A stretch of DNA of 64,000 nt. Origin: Entomortierella parvispora E1425 (Eukaryota > Fungi > Mortierellomycota). Under the pieces are notes generated by a model. That model worked only from the letters and a program-made list of their open reading frames with translations. It searched no databases and was not told the origin of the DNA. The stretch's first letter is position 1. Each line of letters opens with the position of its first letter. The stretch covers positions 2,294,001 to 2,358,000 of the forward strand of contig BQFW01000013.1 in the NCBI GenBank assembly GCA_020891255.1. The letters run 5' to 3'. The position numbers were made by a program, and so were the translations under genes. Of this stretch, positions 8,738-20,041 are shown one piece after another.

Positions 8738-11602
8738 TTATTTTATCACATATCTGATCAAGTCCCTCAAGCGGATTATCTCCGTTTTCTTTTCTTCAAT
8801 GCCATCGAAAAAAAAGTCGTCCATGTTGGACATATTGATGTACACCATTACATCCTCGGTACCGGTAGCAGGGTCCTTCTTGATATGAGTAACATGTTGT
8901 TCTCCTTTGACACAAGGGAGCTCAATGTGAATACGAAGGATACCTGTGATCTTGTGTCCTCCGGATTTGACAAAGTCCTCCCTAATCCTTGACAGCGATT
9001 TGTACATTTTCTCTCCGTCTGCCTTCATGAATCTGCAACGAATGTCAGTCGAGGTCTCATTCTCTTCATGATGCGACTGGGGTATAGTATTGCTATAAAA
9101 CTTGATGCCCAGAGAGCCAGCGTACTGAGGGTTGGAAAAGAACCATGCTCCATCTTGGCGAGTGCCAGATTTCTCAGCCAGGAGCTTGTTCGATGGGCGC
9201 TCCAAGAGGAGTTGAAGATCGCCCCTAGTGTCGTCCCTTAGTCCATACCCATATCCCTGCGCTGTGTTGATTTCGTTGATCTGAAGCTTCAGTCCCTGGC
9301 ACCATGCAGGCAATTCGATGCCTTTAAGGAAAGGGAGGTCCACCAGATAGAAGTTATTAAATCGCTGTAAAGCCCTCCAGACAAGCGGCTCCAGACAATT
9401 CCCTTTGGCGGATGATTTCAGACCGAGATTTTGGAGGATCTCGTAAAGTTGATGAAGATGGCCCAAAAAGACGAGATCCTTCCCCAACAGTTTTAGCTCT
9501 TCCTCAACAACTTCGACAACGAGCGGCTCTTCCATGAGCCAATTCACACCATCCTTCTGCAATTGCAGACTACACACAGCCTTGTCCACGAAGTCGGCTT
9601 GGGTGCTTATCGAGAACTGCGTCTTGCCCCCATGAAGCTTGTAGGCTAATACCATACGGCCGAGAAGATGCGCGACATCTCCAGTCTCGTCGTCCGTCAG
9701 AAGTTGTCTGACTCCTGCCTGTAGCGACAACTTTGATCGAGCAATCGCCAAATCTACCACTTTATCCAGTTTGGCCTGTTTGGAGCTGTGGGGTTCAATG
9801 TGGCGGCACTCAAACATTTCAGTGACAACACTAGCCGAAAATCGTGCTCTTCCTGTTAATTTCTGGCGCTTGACACGCGGGATCGTACAGTCCGAGATGT
9901 CAACAAGTTCCGATAGTACGTTCTGCACGTCTTCTTCGTTAAACACGGGGAATTGCGTAATTCTGTGGAAGTTTGTGCGCTTTCCGACCGCTGGGTATAC
10001 GTCATCCGCATCCTGCAACGACATCGACGTTCCAAGTACCACCAGCGTTGAACGCATGTGGCTAAGTGTTGCACAAAGGGGCGTGAGGAACCCCCGAAGG
10101 TGGATATCCAGTATGCGACCCTTGCCGTCGAGGATCTTGTTTTCAACAATGGAAGATGGTGCAATAAATGTCCTGGGTAAGATACGATTTCCTGCGACTT
10201 GGGCTTCATCCAGAGCGACTACGAGTCCCAGTCCTCGTTTCGTAAGATATTCAGCCAAGCTCTTCTCCACTTGATGGTGCATGTCAACGATTGTGTCTGC
10301 ATCATACATGCGCAACTTCTTGACTAGTTCTCGGATGGTTATGGCTCCTCCATTGGCCTGTTCGCGAAAGAACTGCAGCGGCTCAAGATTCGGGTCAATG
10401 CTGAAAAGGACCTGAAGAAATAGCCGTCTTGCCAGGAATTCTAGCATGACACGTTCTCCTGCAAGTCGTTTCAGGCGCGTGTCATATTGTACCAGGTCGT
10501 TTAGTGCATTTAGTGCGGGCTTCGGAAAACTTGCGTACATCTGTTCAACATCCTGTGCAAGTGTAACAAAGTTGGGATCCTTGAAGTCAGGCGATGCCAT
10601 GCTCCGTGGGTCACAGCATATGCAATATATAACGAAATGTGTCCTTGCCAGGTCAATCACTGTTGCAGTCTTTCCGGATCCTGATCGACCAACCATGGCC
10701 ACCACACTGTGGCCAGTCGTCCTGCCTACATCGCGTCCAACAATCTCGAGTAGCGTCTTGTTATCGGTCGACATTGGCTGCTTATTCCGTAATAGTCCCA
10801 GCATCGCCGGGCTCATGAGATCCTCTGTTTCACCATATGGCAGGGGTTTCTCATAGAAGGGGCCAAGTTTTTTTTTTTGAGCGGCTACAACTTTCGCTGG
10901 GTCGATATTGTGCTTGACATGCGCTTGACGGCTCTCCTCGACGATTTGTGCCAGCTCACTATAAATGCCCTTACTGGGAATGGCTTTCTTCCGGATAGTT
11001 GACGCTGAATGAAAACGAGAGGAGAAAGAGTATTAGTAAGTATTTACGGAGAGCAGAGGCTTCCTTAAAGAGCGACGCTGTATTCTGGCCCCCAGTTGAA
11101 CATTTTTGTCCAATGAAAAGGCGAGTATACATTTCACCGAAAGGCATACCTGCATGGGCTATGTGAAGCAGCACGAAATGAGGGTACAAATAAAACGAAC
11201 AATTACAACAGCCCTTTACAAATAACCTCATGCGAATGAGAAACGAAGCCTGATGTGTTTGTTACCTTCTGGTGTCGGTGGCGCCTTGACGGCGATGTGA
11301 ATGAAGCCGCTTGCGCCATCAAGGAGCAGATCCTCGCCTTGGAGGCACCAACCAGGGTTGAGCTCGTGTTCTTCCTTGAGATCCTTCAAAACCTGGTCTA
11401 TGACTTCTTTGGATTCATTCACTGAAATGCTCACTTTCCAACGTCTGAGCAGGTCTGCATCGATCTTCTCGAAGGCGTTGGGTTTCTTTTTTATAATTTC
11501 GTCCTTGAGTACTCCAACTGTCTCCTCAGATTGAATCTTGACTGGGAAGGAAGTTGAAGTTGATTCGGTGATGAGAATGCAGTTCAGCGAAAGGAGAACC
11601 AT
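8738..11602 (-). CDS. Crinkler (CRN)-type protein 1: ubiquitin-like header + P-loop NTPase + PD-(D/E)xK-like C-terminus; exons 11602-11266 and 11004-8738 (867 aa)
   Basis: Exon 1 reads LSLNCILITEST..SFPVKI....TVGVLKDEI....LRRWKV....FIHIAVKAP (CRN header). A phase-1 intron G|GTAAC...TTCAG|CG keeps the frame (337+2267 nt). Walker A GRSGSGKT, Walker B VVALDEAQ, and RQDG...SLGIKFY in the tail. Confidence 0.88.
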
Positions 11603-12214
11603 GCTGGAAGACGGTAATTGACCTGGGAATGGTGGTAGGTTGAAAAAAGAAAATAATGAGTGTAGAGAAAGTAAAGGAAGCGAAGAGAAAGAGCGAGCGG
11701 AGGATGAGGGAATTAAGATTGGCAGGACAAATCGTGGTCAGCGCACTCTCGTGACTAGCCGATCTCAATGCAAGAGAGGAGAGGGATGCATGACAAGAGA
11801 TTGGATGTTAGAGACATGAGTGCAAGAGACGAGATTGATTCAAGGGATGAGTTGGGATGGGTGGAGAGATGGCAAGGGAAGGGAGGGAGACAGAACAATG
11901 CATTCTCCAAAAGGAGGCTGCGCTTGCCGCATCCAGAAAACAAAGGGCCATGGTCTTGAAGACAGGAAGACACGAGCAAGCGGGAAGGGGAGGAAAGATG
12001 AGAGAAGAGAGAAGAGAAGAGGGAAGAAAAGAGGGAAGAGATGCGAGGAACGAGGGAAGAGATGAGAGGGAAGAGCAAAGAGAGAAAGACGACTGAAGAA
12101 GAGAAGGGCAAGAGGGGAGAGATCAAAGAAAAGAAGAGAAGAAACAATCAAAACTGACAAACAAGAGGGACGAGAAGAGAGTCTTCTGTCTTTTTTTATT
12201 TTTTGTTTTTTTGG

Positions 12215-14740
12215 TGCCAGCAGCAGCAAAGTGCGCCTGGATAAACATGTGCAGCTTGATGTAGGCACACGGTGAGTGTTGCTACATCAGGTGGAGTAAC
12301 CTCTTCCTCCAGGTCCCCTCGTTTTGTTGCGCTCTGCCTGAGAGGACGAGATTCAAGCGCGTCAAAACCAGAGGACGCGACACGACGCGACGTTTGAGAT
12401 TCGCGTACCAGTTCCTGTGGTGTGCAGTCAGCAGGAATTTGTTTCCAACAAGTCAAGGACAGGTGGGTCTCCATTAATCTAACCGTGAACGAATGCTGTG
12501 AATCCACCGCCACAGACTCTTCTTGCACGCTCACTCATCAGTGGCGCCCTTCCATTAGACATGTATCTGTGCTGCTTGCCCTAGTGATCCAAGAGAGAAT
12601 CGCACGACGAAGACTACTGAGCAGGTTGGATTCTGACCAGGTCACTAGGCAAGAAAGATGAACGTCACTGATGTGGCACACGCATGCCCCAAGATGAAAT
12701 GGTCTTGATTTAGGTAGTGGTAGACTACTCCGAGATAGGAGATCTTCAAGCCTGGGTAAACCCTTGCACTAAATAAAGATGCTTGCATGGGACAGCTGCA
12801 GTCTGTCCAATCAGAGAATTCACTCTCCAATTGTGCGGGAGCCGACTCACGCCCATAAAGTTCGTACCTGACAATATGATAAAGGGCGCCTCCTGTCCCC
12901 TGGCAAAAACAAGAGTAGGATAGAAAGGGGTGCTGGTGCGAAAAAAATGCATTTATTGTGTTTCCGGTTTGTGCCTTTGCACTGTGTTTGTCGTAAGTAG
13001 GGTTATGAGGGCTACGGTGCAAGAGGCAATACCTGCTGTGTATGTCTGCTCCTAAAATCGGGGCTATGGAGATGGTACATTTGAGAACAGTAGAAACTCC
13101 TGCTTGCTAGGCTCGAATTGCGAAAGATGCTCCTTGAAATGACGTAGGATTAGAAATAGAGAGAGATCGTGAGTTGATAACATTATCGGATCTCGGTCAG
13201 AACTTCCACGATCCAAAGTGTAATCGGGAAATGGGGTTGTCTCAGCAATGGTATTTTTTGATGTTCTCCAGATCTGATGCCTTCCACGACTGCTTAGCCC
13301 ATTCCCGATTATGCTGAAGCCATTTGAGAGCCCCCTAAAGAAGCAATCAATGTTAGCCGAATGTGCTGGATCATGATGAAGTCATTGTTCCCGTGAGCGA
13401 TGGTGGCAAGCCCGGGGGCGTTGTTGATTCTTGATCGCGGCGGTTTCCCCTTGACTCTGAGGTCCTGGTGTTGCAAATGTTATTGTTTGCTGGTTTGATA
13501 TGGCTTTCTCTTATCTCGAAACGTTCCCGACCATTGAAGCAATGTGTGCTCGCTACAACAAATAGTTGTCGTTAACAATATTTCGAATTTAAAAACCATA
13601 GAGAATAGCAGCACAAAGATTGCACTTACTGCCTGAAACTCCTTCTTGATTGTAGCCGAAATCTCGTCTGATGACATCCTTTTGAGATGTCTTCCTAACC
13701 GACTCTTCTCTGTTCAGGAATGGCCCACGAGGTAGGGTAGTATCTGACCACTCCAATACCCTTGTAGTCGGGAAGGATCCTCAAACTCCTGAAAGGCCCT
13801 CATGAAAGCTGTAAGTGAAATGGTCCGAACATTTGCTCGGTCAAAGAAATCTCTGTGGATGACGAGCATTCGCGTCTTCTGGACTATTGTCCTCAAAAAG
13901 AATAAGAAACGGTTAAAAAGTTCTTGAATAAATCAACAGCAATCTACATTTATCCAATCTGGTTGATTGATCACTGAGTGAATGCGCACTCGTTACACCG
14001 AAAGTAGCACTATCGGATTCCAGGAGTCGCCACCGTCATTCCTTCTTGTCATTGGAAAGGAATAGGGACAGGTTCATGATTCTACGTTGTAGAACATGAG
14101 ACGCGTGGACTAGTTTAACACATCCTCATTGCTTTCGCGGCCGAAGATGTGCAGAGCCTTCACCATGATCCTCAAGTGACTGACCAAGAGAGTTGAGGAT
14201 CAAATCCAATCAATCATGGCAACAGTGGCAAAGGAAGGTGAAGGAGCGCCGATTACGCAAAAAGAAACACTATTTGCTCCTGTGCCATAGTCAGCATCCT
14301 CTAATGCAATTAAGAGGATGAAGACCGCCGTGTTGTTTGACAACACTGCGCTGGGAGAGGATAGGCTTAACAAACCGCGATCCACTTCGCGCATTTGCAT
14401 ATCCATTCACGAGACTTGCCTCATGTGTCTTGCAAGGAGAGATGAGAGCTCTGTCATCCGCAGGCTTGCCACTGTTGCCCCCAGATCAACACTACTGACT
14501 GTACACACTTGCCTTAGTTTGCACAAATGAGAATGAGAGGACGACTGATGACAACTGTGGGAGTTGATGGACGCTGTGAAAGTGAAAGTGGCCTAATGTC
14601 GGGGTGGCGAGATCAATCGACGGGGGATTAGGACTGACTGAAGGTAGAATGGAGAGCGAGTCGAGGGTAATGAATGACACGAGCGAGCGAGTAATCCAAA
14701 AAAAAAAGGCTCCAGGACAATCCACGCCTTAATTACGTCA
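12215..14740 (-). pseudogene. Intron-containing pseudogene of an unrecognised family (copy 1 of a ~2.5-kb duplication)
   Basis: Colinear with 47355-49850. Coding-like HRDFFDRANVRTISLTAFMRAF...YWSGQILPYL, a GTAAGT...TTGTAG intron and in-frame stops (TAA at 13511-13513 where copy 2 has CAA). Confidence 0.55.
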
Positions 14741-14775
14741 TCTTTTGGGAGATAGGGATATAAATTTCTCACTTT

Positions 14776-15720
14776 CTTGCCCACTCTCTTTGTCTCTTCA
14801 AACAAGGTAAGTCTTATTATTTGCATGTCCTTCTCTATTTCTCATCATGACGAATTTGTCACCGATGTGGGCTGTGGACTGAGGTCAATGGGCGTTCGGG
14901 GGAAAATCCCGTGCAAAGCGTTCTCGTGGATCCATTGTCCTCACTTCATGACCCTTTGTGTCGTGGAAAGGTCCACGGCCCTACATTGATGGTTTGCAGC
15001 ACCTGTCATTCTTTTGAAGGGTCTGCCTCCTTGCGCTTGTTCGAATCGAGCCTGAGCCTCTGGTTAGCAAGGTTGCCATCCAAATTTGTTCGTGTTTGCT
15101 CTTGTCTTGTTAAAACTGATGCGCGGCTGTGGACTGAGGACAATGGGCGTTCGGGGGAAAATCCCGTGCAAAGCGTTCTCGTGGATCCATTGTCCTCACT
15201 TCATGACCCTTTGTGTCGTGGAAAGGTCCACGGCCCTACATTGATGGTCTGCAGCACCTGTCATTCTTTTGAAGGGTCTGCCTCCTTGCGCTTGAATTCG
15301 AATCGAGCCTGAGCCTCTGGTAAGCAAGGTTGCCATCCAAGACAGCGCGTTTACAACTCCCCTTTCTACCTCCTTGCATGCAGTTCATACTCGCTCTCTC
15401 TCCCTCTCTTGCCCACTCTCTTTGTCTCTTCAAACAAGGTAAGTCTTATTATTTGCATGTCCTTCTCTATTTCTCATCATGACGAATTTGTCACCGATGT
15501 GGGCTGTGGACTGAGGTCAATGGGCGTTTGGGGGAAAATCCCGTGCAAAGCGTTCTCATGGATCCATTATCCTCACTTCATGACCTTTTGTGTCATGGAA
15601 AGGTCCACGGCCCTACATTGATGGTTTGCAGCACCTGTCATTCTTTTGAAGGGTCTGCCCCTTGCGCTTGAATTCGAATCGAGCCTGAGCCTCTCGTTAG
15701 CAAGGTTGCCATCCAAATTC
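14776..15720 (+). repeat. Imperfect tandem array: ~215-bp core x3, two copies with a ~100-bp extension
   Basis: GCTGTGGACTGAGG.CAATGGGCGTT...GCAAGGTTGCCATCCAA at about 14870, 15125 and 15500; CTTGCCCACTCTCTTTGTCTCTTCAAACAAGGTAAG at 14776 and 15408. Confidence 0.85.
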
Positions 15721-15889
15721 GATCATGTTTGTAAATCGAACTCCTTGCGGTATATCTGAACCCGGCGTGTGCAGGAAACGAATTCATGACAACTCTCGTT
15801 GAGGACCGAAGTGGAAGTGAAGCTTGTCCAGTCCGTATATCCCTTCAAGAACGCGCAGAGAATCAGCTTCTTAAAAGGCTTCAAATTAG

Positions 15890-18800
15890 CATTTCCATAA
15901 AATTCACGGTTCATTTTTGTTGAATGGATTTTTATGGACGGCCTATGAGGGCGTGTGTAACATAGTCAGGGCCATTGCCAATGGACCGTCAAAACCAATG
16001 AAATTTTGTTTTCGCCCCTTTTTATCCATTATGAGATGATGAGCCACAGTCCCCCCTGACGGTCTGGCATCGTCTTTGATCAACGACTGCCTGTCGAATC
16101 TCCGTACGTACTTCTCTCCTCCCTCCCTCCCTCCCCTCCCCTCTCCCTCCTCCCTCTCCTCCCTCTCTTCCCTTTCCTCTCACTCACTGTTTCTCTGTCG
16201 TATTTTTCATGTCTGCGTGTGTGAGAGCGTGTGTGCGCACGCGCATGTGTATTTTATTAAAAAAAAAAAAAAAAGGAAAAAAAAAAAAACTATGGTTGCT
16301 CTTTTGCTTTCACCTTTCCTTTTCCTTGCTCTTTTTCTTCTGAGCTTCCAAACCTCTTGGAAACCTTTTTGGGCAAAAGCTTGTAGTATGCTGCAATTGA
16401 GCAAGAGTTGCAATCTTCCTTCAGCATGTCCTGAAAGTCTTGAAGAGCTTGTGCAATCATAGCCATGTCAATTGGTGTGTTATCCGGGATGTAGCGCAAG
16501 ACCGATTGAACAATCGTCTTCTTGAATAAGTAGAGACCTGCAAACCCGTTTTTCCCATCAGGGTTAGCCGAATTCTTTTCACTGCGCCATAGATTTGAAT
16601 ACCATGAATCCATCGTCACGACTGAGGGGCTACCATTGACACCATAGAACCACTCTTGCCAAACCCCCTCTAGCGTGTTTGGCCGAGGGACCAACGTGCA
16701 CAAAGGCATGTGCCTGGGCATAGGAGGGTCAACCTCGCCTCTCTCTCTTCTGTAGTGCGCAATTACTACAGCCACAGCTTGGATTTTATCTTGAGTTTTG
16801 ACAGAATGGCCGCTGTCATCATGACAACGTGGATGGATAATGGAAGGAGGAGGAGCGACTAAGCTCGATTCTTCTACCCTCGATAATTGCAGGCTGAGAA
16901 TCGGGGCACCTGGGGCTTCCTGCTCTTTTGACAGCAGACCCAAACGAGGTAGAACGGACCCTTCAGTGATACTCAAGCCTCCTTGTTCTTGTTCTTGGGT
17001 TATAGAGGTCATCCGACCAGCAGCATCTGACAGAGAGGCCGCTAATGACTTCACTAGGGCATCAATCTTGTCATTCACCTTGCCCATACCTTGAACGACA
17101 CCCTCAAGGACATACTGATTACGCTGCTCTGCATGCAAGGCTCGGCGGTCCTGGTAGACTTGGAGCCTCTCAATGTTATCCGAGATCTTGGAGATCGCAG
17201 TGCTCATTGTTTGTTGTCGGGAAGTTTGCTGTGATATGAGGGCATTGGCGGCCTCCAGTTGCCGCTGAATAACAGGTGCCACGGACGTTAGGTTGCTAGG
17301 GCGAAGGGAAGTGTGGGCTAACGTTTCTGCCATCAACTTCTTAAAGGCCAAAAATTCCGGAGACCTGAATACTTCACGCTTGAAAATAGGGTGCCGGGAA
17401 GATTTGTTCTCGGCCAATAAAAAAGACGGCGGCGTCCTGCAGAATGACTTTCCGCAAGTGGGCAAGCAGACAAAGATGCCGTCGACGCGAGATTGCCTCA
17501 TCAGAGAGAACTTTCCGTGCAGCCCTTTTCTTGATTTTTTTTGATCTTAATATTTTCCTCTTGACGTCCGTAGAATATGCTCCGATCCAGCATGATGTTG
17601 TCGATGGTCTGGATCCAGAAAGGGTCGTAGTGCTTTTTGTCCTCAGGATTTGAGCATGCACGTTCAATGAATGGGAAGACCATGCGCTGTAGCTCGAGGT
17701 CTGGAATGACATTACGCTCCAGCCAAAAGTTTTCCGTACGGCCATTCTCAAATCCGGCCATTTGCAACGCCACAGATGCATCGACGCCGTCGAGGTAATG
17801 GGTGATGAGTCGGTTTGTCCCCCAGCCGCCGTGTTTCGATATATCTTCGTGCGTGGCTCCAGTCAGCCGCGCCAAAAAAGCACCCAGTCGTCTACTGAGA
17901 TGGGTTGCTTTGCCTTTGACACCAATGTTGAGATAATCCTGGACCTCGCGTGTCTGCTTGTACTGTGTGGCATATCGTATCTCTGATGTTCGTGTGGTGG
18001 ACTTTGACAACAAGTGATAGTTGACCCAGTCGTGATCTTCTACTCTAGGCGGAGGGGCAGCCGATGAGGAAGTAGGCTAGATAATTCAGATTAGAAAGGG
18101 GTAGAGCCTCACCCAGCTCATAAAATGTACGTCATAATCAAAAAGTTCAAACTTACCAACCAGTACTCAAGCAGATAAAAGGCTAGAGCACCGACAGGAC
18201 ACGCTTCCACGTCTGGGTTTCGTACCACGACATTATATCGGATCTTGCCATTATTGTTCATTTTTCCTTGTCTTGTCATCAAAACCACACCAAGGACGAA
18301 TTTTCTCTCCTGCTCCCGATCTTTCCGCACTGGACGTGCAACATTCTGGCCAAAGAGGTCGATCAATCTCATCCTGCGTGTGGTTTCACTGCGGCACATC
18401 ATAAAAAATCGAAGGGCGGCGTCAGCTCGATGGCGAAGACCAGTTATCACTCGTGTCCATTTGCTCTGTTCGCCCTGTATATTATGGTGCCAAAAGTGCA
18501 CCATTACCATCTTGACATTCTCCAAAGGGTCCTCCTCGACAAAGTTTGCTGAGCCTTGATCGGTATCTGTCGCTCTCTTCGTGACCGCCACTCTTCTTTC
18601 GTAACTCGTAATCAGGTCCCTCAGGTAATCCATCGGCTTTCTCTCGAGACACCTGAACATGACTTTGTTGTCTGGGTCCACACGTTGCTGACGGTAGAGT
18701 TCTCCGATGGCGGATGCGTGTAATTTTACCGTTGAGAGAGACGGTGCATTGGCCGGTAATCCCCTGTCGGAATGACATACATTCTCACCGAGGTCGTCAT

Positions 18801-20041
18801 TGACACTATCGCTGTCACTATCGTTGTCATCATCAGTGTCGTCGCTATCATGACCATCGCTGTCACTGTCACTGTTGTCGTCGCCTCTTTCTCTCTCGTC
18901 TTCAATTGCTTTTTCTTTTCCCGCGCATTCCAGTAGGTAAAATGATGATACCTGTTAACATGGAAGTTGACATAGAGGTCATTCTGATGAGAATACGTAG
19001 ACAATGGAGATACAAAATGTGATTATCGGTTCTTACCCTTGCTTGGGTCCTCTTTCGATGCAGTTAAACAAGTCCAGTAACGCAAGACTTTCTCTTCGAT
19101 GACGTTGGCGTCTGAGTATCCAGCTTCCGTGCACCATTTCTAGTCATTAATGAGTTTATGGGTGTTTGTAGTAGACGAATTAGAAAAAAAAAAAAAAAAA
19201 AAAAGGATAAAGGGCACTGTCAGCCATGATCAGCCACGATCGTACACTTGGCCCAACTTACAGAGAATACGGCTTGATATCGGTCATAGAGTGCACGCGT
19301 CGACGTCTTGATACTTTCCCTTCGCTGTTCGCGGACAAGTTGCATACAGGCCAACTCCTTTTGTCTCAAGTCAAGCTCATGAGCTTGACGCGCCTTCTGT
19401 CCGCATGGAACTGCGCGACAATAGAAGTACTAGACGAGATTCCTTGCGTGTTGTCGTGTTGTCGTGACGCCGCGAGCTCGGACGCGTCGAGTGAATCCTG
19501 CAGGTACAACGAAGCCCAGAGAGATGGAGCATGAGTATATAGGCAAACAGAATGGCATAGAGGCACACAGATGGCACTGTTCATTCCGCAGCATGCGTAG
19601 AGCTGACGTAGTCGAGTCGAGCATTACATTAGATTCACGTTGAGATGAATCGACTTGCTGGGAGCATGGTTGCTGGCCAGTTGTCGGAGGCTCTCGTTTC
19701 TGTCGTTTTCGCGTCCGCTGTTGTTGCTGTTGTTGCTGCTTGGGTTCCTGGGGCGGTTCCTGGTCCTGTTGAGACAATTGATGCTTGGGCATTTGGAGAA
19801 GGTGCGCCAATGAAAGAATGTAAAAGAATGATGTAGCAAATGTGCCGCATGCATGAACGGGCCCAGGCGCCTGACAACCCCCCTTTATTCCCGTGGACAA
19901 AAAGAAAATATCTGTTTTTTGGCCCTTGTTCAATTTCATGGGCTGGTTCATCGGGCCAATAATGGACTGCAGGCGCGACGACGATTGGCCGACTTGGTCA
20001 CGTGACTTTATGGACCGTCAATGTCCAGGAAGCGTCTCATT
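15890..20041 (-). mobile_element. Fungal Crypton (tyrosine-recombinase DNA transposon), monomer 1
   Basis: 4148-bp unit bounded by CATT at 15890-15893 and 20038-20041; near-identical to the next unit. Confidence 0.88.
16290..19792 (-). pseudogene. Crypton recombinase + GCR1_C-like gene, monomer 1 (two extra homopolymer bases frameshift the last exon)
   Basis: Same multi-exon gene as monomer 2, but with T8 vs T7 near 17535-17542 and A6 vs A5 near 17419-17424; these could be real slippage or sequencing error. The start codon is putative. Confidence 0.7.

Noticed and set aside
9771-10856. Antisense or alternative-frame ORFs over CRN, NLR, ABCG and mucin genes, and ORFs in low-complexity purine/pyrimidine tracts (e.g. 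11755-12268)
   Set aside because: These are shadows of real genes or simple sequence with no motifs. They differ from the DIRS long frame, which has a conserved start and ends in a catalytic domain.
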